Below the pieces are notes generated by a model. It saw only the letters and a program-made list of their open reading frames with translations. It was not told the DNA's origin and did no database searches. A program made the translations under genes and the position numbers. This document shows positions 36,397-48,756 of a stretch of DNA of 64,000 nucleotides, piece after piece. This stretch comes from Lama glama (lineage: Eukaryota): assembly GCA_028534125.1 (NCBI GenBank), contig CM052817.1, positions 49,540,001-49,604,000 of the forward strand, read 5' to 3'. Positions within the stretch are counted from its first letter, which is position 1. Each line of letters opens with the position of its first letter.

Positions 36397-36720
36397 TCAC
36401 TGGGTGCCCAGGAGGCAGATGTCCCTGAGGGAGAAGTCAGGGCACATCCCTGTGAGTGTCTTCTTGTACTTTGCACCCAGTGGGGTCCTGTAGGACAGCA
36501 GCTGTTACTGCAAATCCCCTGAAGCAGAGGTAGCACTCTCCACAGTTGCACCTGTCCAAGAGGTTGTAGTAAATGTAACACTCCTCCTGCAGCTGCTGCT
36601 TCTGCCTGGCCTGCCGGTGGATGGCCACACTGCACTGGAGGGCCTGGCTGGCCAGGGAGCAGCTACAGCTGCTGGTAGGGTCCAACCCACCTGTGTGCAG
36701 GAGGGGCCTACTTGTCCCCA
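36397..36720 (-). pseudogene. ZC3H3: ZC3H3 (CCCH zinc-finger protein 3) processed pseudogene fragment
   Basis: Three minus-strand frames give RPLLHTGGLDPTSSCSCSLASQALQCSVAIHRQARQ..ECYIYYNLLDRCNCGEC, QGICSNSCCP and PLGAKYKKTLTGMCPDF. These are collinear with recalled ZC3H3 RPLLRTGRLDPAGSCSRSLASRAVQRSLAIIRQARQ..EYCMYYNRFGRCNRGERC, KGICSNSNCP and PLGAKCKKKHTLLCPDF. Confidence 0.8.
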
Positions 36721-37043
36721 CTGCAAGTGGACCACCAAGTATTTTCTGAATTTACATGTGTTCAGAACCATACTTATTTTTATTGAATCTGCTCAAGAAG
36801 TACAAAATATGCTCCTTGCCTACAAACTTGGGAAGTATACACTAAGCACATGAAATACTAGTGGACAAACAAGCCAGGACCAAGTTAGGAAGAGAACTTT
36901 CTGTAAGCATTCTAAGATGGTGAGATCATATCGAGATGGAATCACTGTCTCTGAATGGTGTAAATCATGGACATCAGAATTGTCAGACCTGAGCTGGAAT
37001 CTGACGTTGCTGTGCCCATCTGTATGACTTAGGCAAGTTTCTT

Positions 37044-39356
37044 CTCCTTTTTTTTTTTTTTACTTTTTTTATTGAGTTATAGTCATTTTACAATGTTGAG
37101 TCAATTTCCAGTGGTAGAGCACAATTTTTCAGATATACATGAACATACACATATTCATCATTGCATTCTTTTTCNNNNNNNNNNNNNNNNNNNNNNNNNN
37201 NNNNNNNNNNNNNNNNNNNNNNNNNNNNNNNNNNNNNNNNNNNNNNNNNNNNNNNNNNNNNNNNNNNNNNNNNNNNNNNNNNNNNNNNNNNNNNNNNNNN
37301 NNNNNNNNNNNNNNNNNNNNNNNNNNNNNNNNNNNNNNNNNNNNNNNNNNNNNNNNNNNNNNNNNNNNNNNNNNNNNNNNNNNNNNNNNNNNNNNNNNNN
37401 NNNNNNNNNNNNNNNNNNNNNNNNNNNNNNNNNNNNNNNNNNNNNNNNNNNNNNNNNNNNNNNNNNNNNNNNNNNNNNNNNNNNNNNNNNNNNNNNNNNN
37501 NNNNNNNNNNNNNNNNNNNNNNNNNNNNNNNNNNNNNNNNNNNNNNNNNNNNNNNNNNNNNNNNNNNNNNNNNNNNNNNNNNNNNNNNNNNNNNNNNNNN
37601 NNNNNNNNNNNNNNNNNNNNNNNNNNNNNNNNNNNNNNNNNNNNNNNNNNNNNNNNNNNNNNNNNNNNNNNNNNCAAATGGCGTTATGTTGTCAGTTTTT
37701 ATGGCTGAGTAGTATTCCATTGTATAAATATACCACCTCTTCTTTATCCAGTCATCTGTTGATGGACATTTAGGCTGTTTCCATGACTTGTCTATTGTAA
37801 ATAGTGCTGCTATGAACATTGGGGTGCAGGTGCATTTTTGAAGTAGGGTTCCTTCTGGATATATGTCCAGGAGCGGGATTATGGGTCTTATGGTAAGTCT
37901 ATTCCTAGCCTTTTGAGGAATCTCCATACTGTTTTCCACAATGGCTGCACCAAAGTGCATTCCCACCAGCAGTGTAGGAGGGTTCCCTTTTCTCCACAGC
38001 CTCTCCAGCATTTGTCATTTGTGGACTTTTGAATGATGGCCATTCTGACTGGTGTGAGGTGATACCTCACTGTAGTTTTGATTTGCATTTCTCTGATAAT
38101 TAGTGATATTGAGCATTTTCTCATGTGTCTATTGATCATTTGTGTTTCTTCCTTGGAGAATTGCTTGCTTTAGGTCTTCTGCCCATTTTCGGACTGGGCT
38201 GTTTGTTTTTTTCTCATTAAGTCGTATGAGCTGCTTATATATTTTGGAGATCAAGCCTTTGTCGGTTTCATCTTTTGCAAAAATTATCTCCCATTCTGTA
38301 GGTTGTCATTTTGTTTTGCTTATGGTTTCCTTTGCTGTGCAGAAGCTTATAAGTTTCATTGGGTCCCATTTGTTTATTCTTGCTTTTATTTCTATTGCTT
38401 GAGTAGACTGTCCTAGGAGAACATTTTTGAGATGTATGTCAGATAATGTTTTGCCTATATTTTCTTCTAGGAGGTTTACTGTATCTTGTCTTATGTTTAA
38501 GTCTTTGATCCATTCTGAGTTGATTTTTGTATATGGTGTAAGGGAGTTTCTAGCTTCACTGATTTACATGCAGCTGTCCAGTTTTCCCAACACCATTTGC
38601 TGAAGAGACTGTCTTTATTCCATTGTATATTCTTGCCTCCTTTGTTGAAGATGAGTTGATCAGAAGTTTGTGGGTTCATTTCTGGGCTCTCTATTCTGTT
38701 CCATTGGTCCATATGTCTGTTTCTGTACCAATACCATGCTGTCTTGATGACTGTAGCTCTATAGTACTGTCTGAAGTCTTGGAGAGTTATTCCTCCAGCC
38801 TCTTTCTTTTTCTTCAGTAATGCCTTGGCAATTCAAGGTCTTTGATGGTTCCATATAAATTTTATTATGATTTGTTCTAGTTCTGTGAAATATGTCCTGG
38901 GTGATTTGATAGGGATTTCACTAAATCTGTAGATTGCCTTGGGCAGTATGACCATTTTAACAATATTGATTCTTCCAATCCAGGAGCATGGGATATCTTT
39001 CCATTTTTTAAAGTCTTCTTTAATTTTCCTTAATCAATGTCTTATAGTTCTCTGTGTATAAGTCTTTCACCTCCTTGGTAAGATTTATTCCTAGGTATTT
39101 TATTACTTCAGGTGCTATTTTAAAGGGGATTGTTTCTTTACTTTCTTTTCCAGTTGATTCATCGTTAGTGTAAAGAAATGCAACTGATTTTTGTACATTA
39201 ATCTTGTAACCTGCTACCTTGCTGAATTCTACAATTAGTTCTAGTAGTTTTTGCGTGGACCTTTTAGGGTTTTCTATATATAGTATCATGTCAGCTGCAT
39301 ATAGTGACACTTTTACGTCTTCTTTTACAATTTGGATCCCTTTTATTTCTCTCTCT
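37044..39356 (-). mobile_element. Young 5'-truncated LINE-1 (ORF2 RT/C-terminal part, 3'UTR, poly(A)) inserted into a MIR
   Basis: ORF2 peptides [22 protein letters not shown] and [18 protein letters not shown]. Perfect 17-bp TSD acttaggcaagtttctt at 37027-37043 and 39357-39373. Confidence 0.93.
37175..37674. other. Assembly gap (500 N)
   Basis: Run of N inside the L1 3'UTR. Confidence 0.99.
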
Positions 39357-41629
39357 ACTTAGGCAAGTTTCTTAAACTCCCAAGACCTCATGTCCTTGTC
39401 TACAAAGTAGAAATGCTAATAGTACCAAGGCTTATACATAATATAACAAACATAAAGTATTAAATACAGTGCCTAGTAGATAGTACTCCCTACGCACCCA
39501 AACTATGATGTATCATTAGAGAAGCTTTCAAGGGGTTTAGGCCTTGATGGGAAGGGAGAATTTGGTCAGGTAGACAGTGTGGGTAAAGGCTGGCATTTCA
39601 GGTGAGGGGAATAATGAACTTGAACAAAGCAATGAAGGTGGCACATTTGAGCAATCTAGGAAAGAAATACACATTAAGGAGCAGAGGGATAGGATGAGGC
39701 ATATGGGGTTAATTTAGAGAAGTGCTTCCCAGCTTTGGAGCTCTAAATGAAGGAGTGTGTGCACAGTTATCATAAGGAACCCTCAAATCCGTTAGTGCTC
39801 CAAACAATGCGTTATAGTGAATATCTATTACTTTCCACTTCCAAACGTGTATAGCTGCTGTTGAAATTCATAAAATATAAATTTATTTAAAAGAGCTATT
39901 GAATTAAAAATGGTTTAATATTTATCAAAGAATGCCATTCTTCAGGTCTCAACTTAAATCTCACTTTCCCAGAGAGATTTCTCTCATTCCACTACTTGGA
40001 AGTAGTGCCCAGGCCCTCTTCACTTCCTAGCCCTCATTCTGTTTTAATTTGTTTCATAGTACCAAAAGCAATCTGGAATTATATTATGTATTTATTTGTT
40101 TACTCCCTGTCTCCAATCTTTGACTACCTCTCAAGCTACCATGAAGGCAAGGACTTTTGTTGTATTCAGTACCAAAACACCAGCACCTAGAACAGTGCCT
40201 CTAGATGGAAGGCCTCCAGTAAATATTTGCTGAATAAATAAACAAATCTACAAAGTACCAGTTTCAAATGCATACTACAAGGCAAATGAACTGATTACTT
40301 ATATTCAGTGATCTTTGTCTTCTTAGTGAATAATTTAAGTTAAAATAGCAACAGATTTTTTTACTTCTTCTTTACAATCATCCACTGGTCCTTTGCCTGA
40401 AATGAGAATTTTTTTTTCTTTTGAGAATTTCTTATTAATATTAGAGATACCACAGAAGAATTGGCCCAATTATGACACACATAAGAGGGAAATGAGTCTT
40501 TATTCTAAAAGACTGCAGCTTAATCCAGTGAAAGAACATTGCTTTTGAGATATAAGACTATGACATGACTCTTCATTTCAGTGCTCAAATGATTAAGACA
40601 TTAATCAGAGTTTCCCCTAACCTCAGACAGGTTAAACCTCTAACATATTATTTAGAATTAGGCCATGTGTTGTCACTTGGATGACCAGTCATCCATTACC
40701 AGTGCATCTGAACTCCTGCAGCCTCAGCCACCACAAGAAAATGATCAAGTGTCATGAAATTGCTTAAGTGTAACAGAAACAAGCTCTGTGCATATACATT
40801 AAGCAAGCAGGCCATCAAAGGATATGCTGAACGTTTGACAGGAAGTTTGGTGTGATCCAAAAGACTCAATATATAGTATTATGTCAGAAGACATCTGATT
40901 TTTTAATATCGTCACATTATTTGATCCCTTGTCATGTTTATTCATTTCTCTTTATTCTGACATATAAGTTAGATTACTACTAATTGTAGGGCAAAAGTTG
41001 ATAGCTCCATTAAAGTATTTTACGTCACTGAATTTCCTCTCCCAAGGATTTGACAGGGTTGTCTAAACCCATGAGAGGAGTGTGGAAATAGTGGTCATGC
41101 TGTGCTCTTCTTCTCTCAAGTCTGGTTGTTATTATTTAAACACATTACATGGATAAATCTGCTCTGGTTATTTGGCCATGAATGAAGAGTATGCATTAAT
41201 ATAAATCACAGTAGTAAGCAAGCAAGCAAACAATTACACGTGGAATAACTTGTTTATCCATATACTCACCTATTACTACATCAGAGTTATTTCTGATATG
41301 TCTGTCACTGAAAATCCTGAACACCACCTCTTACAAATCAAGATTTTTTTTCAGTACTAAAGCCTTGAATAGTTGCATGTGCAACTGCTTTCCACTCACC
41401 ATACTGTCTGTAAACCTGTGAAATTTGTCATGGTTCTCCTAGTAATGCAACTTCCTCTACTTTCTTAGAGCCCAGTAAATAGGATTCTTCTGTCCCACTT
41501 TTATCTCTCAATCAGTTAACTGTTAAGTTCATAAAGATTTTGTTTTTACAATTTAAAGCTATTGCTGATCTTTTTCAATAAGGTGAATAGGATTTGACTC
41601 TTGGCAGAAAGGGGATCTTAGGATCACTA

Positions 41630-42530
41630 ACTATCTCAGTCTGGATTTCCTAGAAAACCGAACTTTGGCAAAAACTTTACTTTGGTGTGGCATGTAATTC
41701 TAGGGAAGAAGGAGTGAGGGAAAGGGGCCAATGAGCAGGAAGGCATGAAAAGCAAAAGCAATGAGGTAGCTTACCAGTCTGGCCAGAGCCTTATACAAAG
41801 TGATTGTAGTGTCTTCAGAAAGTCTATATAAGCTACTTTGTTTCTGAATAGTCTGACCAGTGAGAGAGAGAAGAGTTCAACTACCTTCTCCTGTTTGCCT
41901 CTGAACAAAGTTCACCATATGGTGAACCAACAGTGACACATTTTTAGGTTGTACCACCACCTGGTCCTTCCAGCAGCCATGAGGAAGCTAAATCCCAAGA
42001 CAGCAGTGACAGCATTCATAGCACCTACCACAGTGCATGAGATAAGCTAGTGAACAGAAACAGGCCAGTGATACTATACTTCCCACCAGTCCACGTATAG
42101 ACTCAAGTCTCTCAGACCTAGCTGGGCAATCCAGTGCACCTCCAGTGTGTCTCACAAGCAAAGGAAAAGCCCAGGTGGTAAGCAAGAGGTGCAGAGTAAA
42201 GAATGAGGTAATATGCTGTCAGGACTTGCTTGAGAATCCCATGAGGGACTGAGAGCAGCCACCTCAATGGGACTGGCTGGCCAAGCAGGTAGAATGTCAT
42301 AAAAAAATGGTTCCCACCATGAAGACATCAACAAGCTTTTCTCCAACAAAGTCTGAAATCCCTCCTCTATGGTCTGTGCTGATGTGCTATGCCAGGTATG
42401 CCAGGAGATCGTCTAGAGGATTATCAGGACCATCCTGCAGAGAAAATTATGGTCTAAAATCAAGAGTTAAACAAAAGCTGGCTCCAGGCATAACCCAACA
42501 GAGCTGGAAGGGAATGAGCTCATGATATAG
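41630..42530. mobile_element. ERVL-type LTR (LTR16-like), possibly with adjacent internal sequence (approximate)
   Basis: 'tatctcagtctggatttcctagaaaac...ggagtgagggaa' terminus typical of the LTR16 family, followed by GC-richer sequence. Confidence 0.45.
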
Positions 42531-42694
42531 GATTGTAGTCATTATAAGAAAAAACTGGAAGCTAAACTTGTAAAAGAGGTAGGGGAACAAGTCATTCTTA
42601 ATTCTTACCTGTTCAAACTATGTTTGTTAAAGATATCCAATCATTTTGCAATATGCATTAAAGTGAGGAAATGTTAACCAAAGCAAATAGTACC

Positions 42695-43570
42695 CCAGAG
42701 ATGACATACAGATGGCCAACAGACACATGAAAAGATGCTCAACATCACTAATCATCAGAGAAATGCAAATCAAAACCCACAATGGGATATCACCTTACAC
42801 CTGTCAGAATAGCTATCATAAAAAAAGGTCACAACTAATAACTGTTGGTGAGGATGTGAAGAAAAGGGAACCCAGGATTGTACACTGCTGGTGGGAATGA
42901 AAACTGGTGCAGCCACTGTGGAAAACAGTCTGGCGGTTCCTCAAAAAATTAAATAGAACTACCATATGATCCAGCAATTCCACTCCTGGGTATATATTCA
43001 AAGAAAATGAAAACATTAATTCAGAAGGATATATGCACCCTGATGCTCATAACAGCATTATTTACAATAGCCAAGATATGGAAGCAACCTAAATGTCAAT
43101 CAACAGATGGACAGATAAAGATGTGGTACAATGGAAAACCACTCAGCCATAAAAAAGAATGAATTTTGCCATCTGCAAGGACATGGAGGAACTTGGAGAG
43201 TATTATGCTTAGTGAAGTAAGTCAGGCAGAGAAAGACAAATACTGTATGATATCACTTATATGTGAAATCTAAGAATAAAAAAAAACTAGTGAATATAAC
43301 AAAAAAGAAACAGACTCACAGATCTAGAGAACACACTACTGGTTACTAGTGGGGACAGAGTAGGGGGAGGGACAAGATAGGGATAGGTATTAAGAGGTAC
43401 ACACTACTATATATAAAATAAACTACAAGGATACAGCACAGGGAATATAGCCAATATTTTATAATAACAATAAATGGAGTATAACCTTTAAAAATTGTGG
43501 ATTACTATGTTCTACATATGAAACTTATATTAACATTGTGAATCAACTATACCTTTATTAAAAAAAATGA
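42695..43570 (+). mobile_element. 5'-truncated LINE-1 (ORF2 end + 3'UTR + A tail)
   Basis: Peptide [30 protein letters not shown] aaatagtacc at 42685-42694 and 43571-43580. Confidence 0.88.
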
Positions 43571-44519
43571 AAATAGTACCTGTACCATGGGAAATGTGAG
43601 GTGATGAAAACTACCTGGAAGTAAGAAACAGTGAGTTCCCGTCCCGATTCTGTTACTCATACGGTGACCTGAAAAGTTTACTCCACTTCCCTGATCTCAG
43701 TCTGCTTTCAGCTTTATGCTGTACACGTCACAGCAAAGTGAGGATTAAAGGAAACAAAGTACTGAAAATGTTCGTTACAGCAACAGGAAATCAGCAAATC
43801 TTGTCCAAAGCAGAAACTGTTCCTTAACTGTATTTTGCCACACCTTTTTTCCTTCTCAAATATTTAATTTTACATGCAAATATGTATGCCAGTATCTCCC
43901 ACCAGCTATGTAACACCAATTGATTGGGTCTTAAAGTGGCTTTGCTCCCAATTAGTTAAAAATTCAACTGAGGTATTACAGATGTTCTCTGAAGAATGAT
44001 TTTTCGTGGGCATCAAAATCTGGGCATTGACAATAACTCCTCAATAACAATACTTACTGTTAACTGAGCATTTCCTACGTAGCAGGTGGTAAGCTAAGTG
44101 CTTAACATAAATGATCTCATTTAACTTCCTAAAAGCTCTATGATGCAGAAATAAGTCAGCTACATAATTTGTGGGGCCTAGTGAAATGTGAAAACTTGAG
44201 GTCCCTATTAAGCTTTGTCCTCTAAAAATATTTAACTACTTGTAAAACATAATAGGGATATCGATGGTACATGAGTAAGATTATAAACCAATAAACTGCA
44301 AAAATACAATTATTTCTGTCACAATAAACAGTAACAATTTATAATATAATACCTTGGTTTATTATAAAACATTTGGTGTACATTTATGGAAATTCATTTG
44401 TTAGGTTATCAAAATTTATACTTTTACTAATCTAGTTTTCAATTGGTGTAATTAAAATTAATGTCAGTGGTTCTTGGCGAGATCACAGTTCCTTTTTCCT
44501 TTTTTAAAAGGTAAATGTT

Positions 44520-45700
44520 TTGGTTAAAAGTTTTTAAATAAACTTTTAATTTTAGACAGTTTTAGGTTTACAGAAAAGTGCAGTGTCCATACACCCCTAC
44601 TGTTCTCTGTTGTTAACATCTTACATTAATATGGCTTATTTGTTATAATTAATGAACCAATATTAGTACACTATTATTAAATGAAGTCCTTACTTACATT
44701 TCTTCAGTTTTTTCCCCTAATGTCCTTTTTCTGTTCTAGGACACCATTCCAGCTACTGCATTATATTTAGTTCTCATGTCTCCTTAGGATCATTTTGTCT
44801 GTGACAGTTTCTCAAACTTATCTTATTTTGATGACCTTGATAATTTTGAGGAATACTGGACAGGTATTTTGGAGAATGTCCTTCAATTAAGGTTTGTCTA
44901 ATGTTCTTCTGATGATTAGACTGGTGTCACAGGTTTTGGGGAGGAAGACCCTAGAGGTAAAGTGCCATTTTCATTACACTATTATGTACCATCAACATGG
45001 TTTATTACTGGTGATGTTGACCTTGGTCACCTGGCTGAGGCAGTGTTTGTGACACTTCTCTACTGTAAAGTTACTCTTCCTCCTCCTCTTCCCATACCAT
45101 ATTCTTTGGAAGGAAATTACTATTTGCAGCCTGCCTTTAAGAAATGGAGAATTATATTCCACTTTCTTGAGAATGGAGTATCTACATAAATTATTTGGAA
45201 TTCTTCTGCATGAGAGACTTGGCTCTTTTCTGTCACTTATTTTTTTTAAGCATTTACTTATATCAGTATATGCTCATGGATATTTATTTTATACTTTAAA
45301 TTATAATCCAATACTTTGTTTCTCAAATTGTTCCAAATTTGACCTTTGGAGCTCTTTCAGTTGCCCTCTGTGTCCAAACTAGTTGGCATACCACCATGAT
45401 TTTCTTTGTTTGTTTGTTTGCTTTTTAGTACTTTCTTTATAGAACTACAAGATATTGTGGGTGCATCTTGTGTATTTCCTGCTCCAGTCCTAAAATCAGC
45501 CATTTCTGCATGGAGCTCTGGTTTCTTTTATGGGAGAATGGTATTAGAAACCAAGATCTGGGAGCTAAGTGTGCTTGTGACTATTTGGTTTCCTTGCTTC
45601 TAAATCTTCTCAACTGAAAGAGGGAGGAAATATGTCTACATGTGTATATTACATAATAAATATATGTCTGTATACATATATGTGTTATACACTATGTATA
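44520..45700 (-). mobile_element. Old L1M (L1MC-like) 3' region
   Basis: 'gttttaggtttacagaaaa', 'ttttgatgaccttgataattttgaggaatactgg' and 'ggtattagaaaccaagatctggg' are typical L1MC 3'UTR phrases. Confidence 0.65.
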
Positions 45701-46132
45701 CATATAATTTACTCACAAAGTTTATTGATGGAATGCTTGCAGTCTTTCTGACAAAGCTCAGGCTGGAGAGTTAATATTTGTGCAGACTTTGCAGGGACAG
45801 CTCTGGAACAGATGGATGAGCTGGTTTCAGCCCGGCATCCATGTGGAGACCTTTCCTGGGCCATGGTCACTGCCATTGCTACTGCTACCTGTATTGCTGC
45901 TGCCACAACTGCCACTACCAGTCCAGACCAAGGTCCCATTCTGGTGACCTGCTCAGGCATGCACATGTACTCCAGACAATGAGGCTAACTGCTTGTCATC
46001 TATGCTGCCCATTGTGCTGTGGGACTTGAGCCTACAGGTGTGGGCACTGCTGCTTGACAACAACCATATGCAGTCACTGTTACCCAGTGTATTGCCTCTG
46101 CTCCATTTGAAGTCATCTCAATTTCATCTCTT

Positions 46133-46135
<3 letters not shown>

Positions 46136-46163
<28 letters not shown>
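46136..46163 (+). repeat. (CA)n microsatellite
   Basis: Direct reading. Confidence 0.9.
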
Positions 46164-46218
46164 TCATAACAATACATATCCAGAGAAATATATTCACAGA
46201 TGAATCAGTCACTTTGGG

Positions 46219-46492
46219 GTAGAGTTACCAGATTTAGTAAATAAACAGATAGGAAACTGTTAAATTTGAATTTAAGTAAATAAAAATTTAGTTTTTTTGT
46301 ATAAATGTATTTCAAATATAGCTTGTCCTTGCAAATAAATAGCTCAGCTGGGTTTCAAATCTGGGCGTACAGCTGTGAAATGTGGGAAGATGTCAAATAT
46401 TGCATAGAGTATACTTACAGTAAAAAAAATTATTTATTATTTATATGAAATTCAAATTTAACCAGGCATCCTGCATTTTATCTGGGAGCTTA
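46219..46492. mobile_element. MER53-like hAT MITE carrying a small internal insert
   Basis: Inverted arms 'ccagat...gttaaatttgaattt' and 'aaattcaaatttaacc...tttatctgg'; the centre is interrupted by about 70 bp between duplicated 'tcaaatat'. Confidence 0.6.
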
Positions 46493-48728
46493 ACTTCTTA
46501 GACCCCATTGATAGATTAATGCTAATTTTCCCCCTTTTTTCCTAAGCAGATCTATATATAATCAATGGGATGAATTTTTTTTTCAAATCTTTTGATCAAG
46601 GTTGGTAGTTCAATACCCCTCAACAAAAATAAAACAAAATGCTTCAAGATTCAAACATGTAATTTTTCCTCTGCTTCCAGTCCTGGGTTCTTGTTCTATC
46701 ATATACACAAACACATACAAAACCATATACTCGGGAACATTTCCCTCCTTCCCCACCACCTCGTCATCTCATCTCTTCATCACAATGACCCACCATCTTC
46801 TTTCTTGTGGTCTGTAACATTTGTTTAAAAGGAGTGAAAAAAAAAAACAGAACTAAACACCACACTAAGGAAGTAAAGTAAAATAGTTTGAATCAGAGTA
46901 ACATAACCTGTTTTTCTTGTCCCCTTACATCTGTGAGGTGTCTTTTCGATATGAGTCATGGTCTTTCCTATGATTTGTTGAACCACAGATAGTCCTTGGG
47001 CAAATGCTCTGGTATCAGTTGTTATACTGACAGAGATTTTTTTTCCAGAGCTAAATTAGCCTTAAGTTGAGTCCTCCATTCCTTTGCTGCTTGCTTCTTA
47101 TTATTTATTGGTTTCTTTTCAGTTGGGGGCTCAGTCTACTTGGGTATTCAAGATTGTGACTTGCAACTTATCCCTGCTGTCCAAACTACTTATCTTGATT
47201 GTATTTCATTTTAAATTGTCCATTAGATCTTTGCCATTTGAGTTTCTACACTGTCTTCTTCGCAACCTTACCTTTCTATGACATTTCCTCTTTTTAGATA
47301 AGAGAGTCATACGAACTTTCGAAAATTGCCTTTCAGAAAAAGCTGGCCAGGCCAAGAATGAGTCAAACATTTTCATCAGGAAGTCAGCCAGACAGAGCCT
47401 GTGAGGCCCCCTATTCACTAGCTAGGATTTGACAGTTCTTATACCTGTGAAAATAGAGGCAAGGGTGAGGTCAGCAGTCACTGACACCACTTCTTCACAG
47501 CCCTTGCTTAAATTTTGGAGAGGACTCATGTAGAAAACTTTTGTACAGAGGAGACCAACAACATCTATCAACATCTCTCCCCAGGTTAATATCTGACTTA
47601 GTGTAATGGAGAAAGCAAATCTTTGTAAGTTAAAATCTTGGCTCTGCCACTTGGCTTTACCATCTTTGTGACTTTGAGTTTGTTTATTAACCTCTCTGAG
47701 CACTGACTTCTTAATCTTTTAAAAGAGGATAGTAATACTTACCTCCAAGTGCTCTTGTATGGATTAGAGATTGGATAATAAAGCCCTTGACACATGATAG
47801 AAACACAGTAAATAGCTTTTATCTTGGTTATTATGATCTCCTAATTGGAGATTTAAGGTTGAAAGTTGTTAATATAGTATTTTCTTATACAAGTGGAGAT
47901 ATCATTGCATGTTTAAATTTCAACTCTTCTCATATTTTGAATGTGTGCAATAAAATTGTTCTATGAGAAAATTAATGAAATAATGACGTGTCCTTTAAAT
48001 ATTCCAAAAAGGCTATAAGTTATATATAATTCCATCACAAAAGAACTGCTAAAAAAGATACACTGAAGGATCTTTCAGTGTTACTTAAGATCCTAGTCAG
48101 GGAAAAGCCCAAAGGTATATATGTTAGCCTTACTTTGTTTTCTCATATTGATCTTCCTTGTAGCTTAACTAAGGTATTAATTAATCACATTCATAGTGTG
48201 GTAACTGTTTCATACTATACTCATTTAAAGATATTCCATGTGTGTGATTTTTGAATGCAGACTTTTAATTTTATAAATTACATAAATAAAAAAATCTAAA
48301 TCTCAAGTGGTAAAAAAACAAATGAGAGTTCATGATTTAAGAAAAATTCTGAAGAGTATGAGAATGAATGATCTTTATACCAGAACACTCTATTTCCAGT
48401 AAACTTCTTGACTGGAATTCCCTGTAAGTACAGTGATATGTCAAAGGGTAAATCACACTTGAACATGGAAATATAGGTTTAAGGAAGTCAAAGAACATCG
48501 AGCTGAGGTTCCAGATAGGGTGGGGGCAGCAAAAAAGGGAGAATAAAACAAGTGACTAGAAAAATCATACTTTTCATACTTTAGGAAAAATAGGAGATAG
48601 TGTTACTCTCCAGAAGATTCAATTCAGTATACTATAAAAAGTGCAGTATTGTGGGAAGTCAAAGATGGTAAAGTGTATGTAATAATATTTTTTAAATTAT
48701 GTTAAAGAGCTTTTCTCTTTTGCATTTT

Positions 48729-48756
48729 GTGTGTGTGTGTGTGTGTGTGTGCGCGT
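48729..48756 (+). repeat. (GT)n microsatellite
   Basis: Direct reading. Confidence 0.9.

Noticed and set aside
36372..36771. Cys-rich ORFs read as metallothionein, CPSF4 or a DIRS-type zinc finger
   Set aside because: Three collinear peptide blocks fit ZC3H3 much better; frameshifts and a stop rule out a functional gene.
37072..38011. Long ORFs of 182-307 aa
   Set aside because: Artefacts of translating through the 500-N gap; the real residues are L1 sequence.
45709..46029. Cys/His-rich and Ala/Val-rich ORFs
   Set aside because: Arise from low-complexity (ctg/cca) sequence that looks like an old LTR fragment.
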